Source: Thraustochytrium aureum
Taxonomy: Eukaryota
NCBI GenBank assembly: GCA_012862495.1
Contig: BLSG01000122.1
Span: 196,312-228,961, forward strand
Direction of reading: 5' to 3'
DNA length: 32,650 bases
Part shown: in pieces, positions 30,969-32,650 of the stretch
Layout of the letters: each line of letters starts with the position of its first letter
Position numbering within the stretch: position 1 is the stretch's first letter
Program-made: the position numbers and the translations under genes
The notes under the pieces: generated by a model
Databases searched by the model: none
The model's input: the letters and a program-made list of their open reading frames with translations, nothing else
What the model was told of the DNA's origin: nothing

Positions 30969-32639
30969 CGCCCCGCCGCAGAAGGGTCTTGCTGGCGCGC
31001 GAGAATCCCTGACTTGAGGGCCTCGAGAAGATCGGCCGACGAAGCTTGTGGGTCGTAGTTGGTCCCGTCGTTGAACGTGAAAAAAATACGAGGCGGGACT
31101 AGTGTAAAGCCGGCCTGATCGCGGGACAGCTCGGTCCCCAGGGGGTCCTGCAGCCCCGGAACGGCCTTGGTCGCCAAATCGCGTTGCAGCTGCGTTTGGG
31201 AAAGCGTGCGATCGAAAAACTTCTTCCCGATATTGAGCACGTTGTCAATCTGCAATTCTTCGGGCCGCGTGCTGCCCTCGAGCTCCTCGACCTCGCGCTT
31301 GTCCTCCTGCTCGGCGCGTTGCTGCTCCTCAAAGCTTTGGTATTCGAGGAGAGTCGGGGGCGCTTGGTTCATCTCGCGCAGAATGTCGAGCTCGTCCACC
31401 TGGCGCTGAAAACCCTTGTACAGGAGCAAGTCGCTCATTCCCGGCCGCATCCGGCTCCAGAATTTCGACGTCTTGTCCTGGGCTCCCGGTGCACAAGAGG
31501 TGACCTGCTGGGGCCCAGTCCATGGACCAGACCGAGCCCTCGTGCGCCGCGGGGACGATCGCTTGCACATGCGACTCTTTGTCTGCGCCGTTGACGAGCC
31601 AAAAGTAGAGCGAGCCGTCGTAGCAGCCCGTGGAAAGGAGCGATTCGTGCTGCGGGTGCCAGGCCGCAGAGTACACCTCTGTGGAGTGGCCCTGCAGCAC
31701 TTGCAGGCAGGGGTCCTCCTTCTTCATGAACCGGAGGTCGTAGATTCGGAGCGTCTTGTCTCGCGAGCCGGTCATGAACCAGTTGCCGTTGAGCGGATTC
31801 CACCTGGCAACGCTGACCGAGTTTTTGTGCCCCCCCAGGGAGCAGAGTTCTTTGCCCGTGCGGGGGTTCCACAGCTTGGCGAGGTTATCGCGCGATCCGG
31901 ACAGGATCAGCGACTTGGTGGGGTGCCACTCACAGGCCTTGACGTCAAAGCCGTGGCCGCGCAGAACCATCTCCTCCTTGGCCGTCTCAAAGTCGTATAT
32001 TTTGATTGCCACGTCATCGGATCCGCTCACAAACTTGAGGTCGGTGGGCGAGAAGGACAGCCCGCGCACGGGTCCGGTGTGGGCCTCAATGTCCATCTGC
32101 ATGCGCATCTGCGGGTTCCAGTATTTCACGACGCCGCGCATGTCGCCTGTGATCATGTACTCGCCGCTCCTTGACCACGACATGGTGCGGATCACGTCCT
32201 GTCCGCCGATCGTCTTGTCCGCAATAAAGCCAAAGCTGTTCCACAGGGTTATCTCGCCGTTCTGGCTCGCTGTGAGGAGCCGCCGCCCTTCGGGGCTCCA
32301 CGCCACCGCGAAGACGGGGTACCGAAACTTGTTTATGCTCGTGTGGCAGTACCGCGATGCCAGGCCTGACTCTGGCTGGTCGAGCTGCTCCGAGGGCGGC
32401 AGTACAAACCGCTTGTACGCCTCGCTCGGCTGCAAGAACGACCTGTCGCGCCAGTCGTTCTGCCGCCGAAAAATGCGGTTCTCCGTCAGCAAGTGCGTCA
32501 AGCTCACACCGAGGTCGATGTACGAGCGATCGCTGCGCATCTGTGGCTCCACTAGCACGGACGACTCGCCCTTTCGCGACTCGTCGGTCTCCATCGCCAC
32601 CGTGGCGTTGCCCACGACGCCGCTCCCATGGTCGCCCAT
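30969..32639 (-). CDS. WDR33: Pre-mRNA 3'-end processing WD40 protein WDR33/Pfs2/FY (frameshift at ~31481; 3' end in gap)
   Basis: CHTSINKFRYPVFAVAWSPEGRRLLTASQNGEITLWN, SFSPTDLKFVSGSDD, LRGHGFDVKACEWHPTKSLILSGSRD, AHEGSVWSMDWAPAGHLLCTGS, then the +1 frame QDKTSKFWSRMRPG. Confidence 0.95.
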
Positions 32640-32650
32640 CCCGACCGGCC

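Noticed and set aside
467..32639. Many long antisense or shadow ORFs over real genes
   Set aside because: Expected from high GC3 and stop-codon scarcity. They are Arg/Ala/Pro-rich and have no domains
1..32650. Mobile elements, CRISPR arrays, rRNA and tRNA genes
   Set aside because: No transposase, RT or integrase motifs, regularly spaced repeats or RNA gene signatures were seen. The contents of the gaps are unknown

Overview
GC-rich, gene-dense eukaryotic draft scaffold with 12 N-gaps and about 17 protein-coding genes. No gene needs a normal-sized intron, and the code is standard (TGA ends ISY1, the NIPA gene and others). Gene content, intron poverty and microsatellite-rich spacers suggest a stramenopile protist, possibly a thraustochytrid or labyrinthulomycete (inference only). 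Gene order: cytochrome P450(-), CTP-dependent DGK1/phytol-kinase-like(-), signal-peptide coiled-coil membrane protein(-), RFWD3-like RING-WD40 E3(+), RCC1(-), ISY1(+), HAD-IIA phosphatase(+, partial), MBF1(-), small putative mitochondrial protein(-), ABC half-transporter(-), NIPA-type Mg transporter(+), OCIA-like protein(+), EsV-1-7-type Cys/His repeat protein(-), three paralogous O-fucosyltransferase-family genes(-,+,+) and WDR33/PFS2(-). About 11 single-base frameshifts break otherwise intact genes, mostly at short homopolymers, and the flanks of one gap show the same type of discrepancy, so they are most likely sequencing errors. The most interesting signal is that the RCC1 (RanGEF) carries an N-terminal ~46-aa segment matching the conserved Nup50/Nup2 nuclear-basket-binding domain, a possible Nup50-RCC1 fusion. 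The fucosyltransferase triplet and the OCIAD1-like protein come next. All homology calls are by motif recognition from memory, not database searches.
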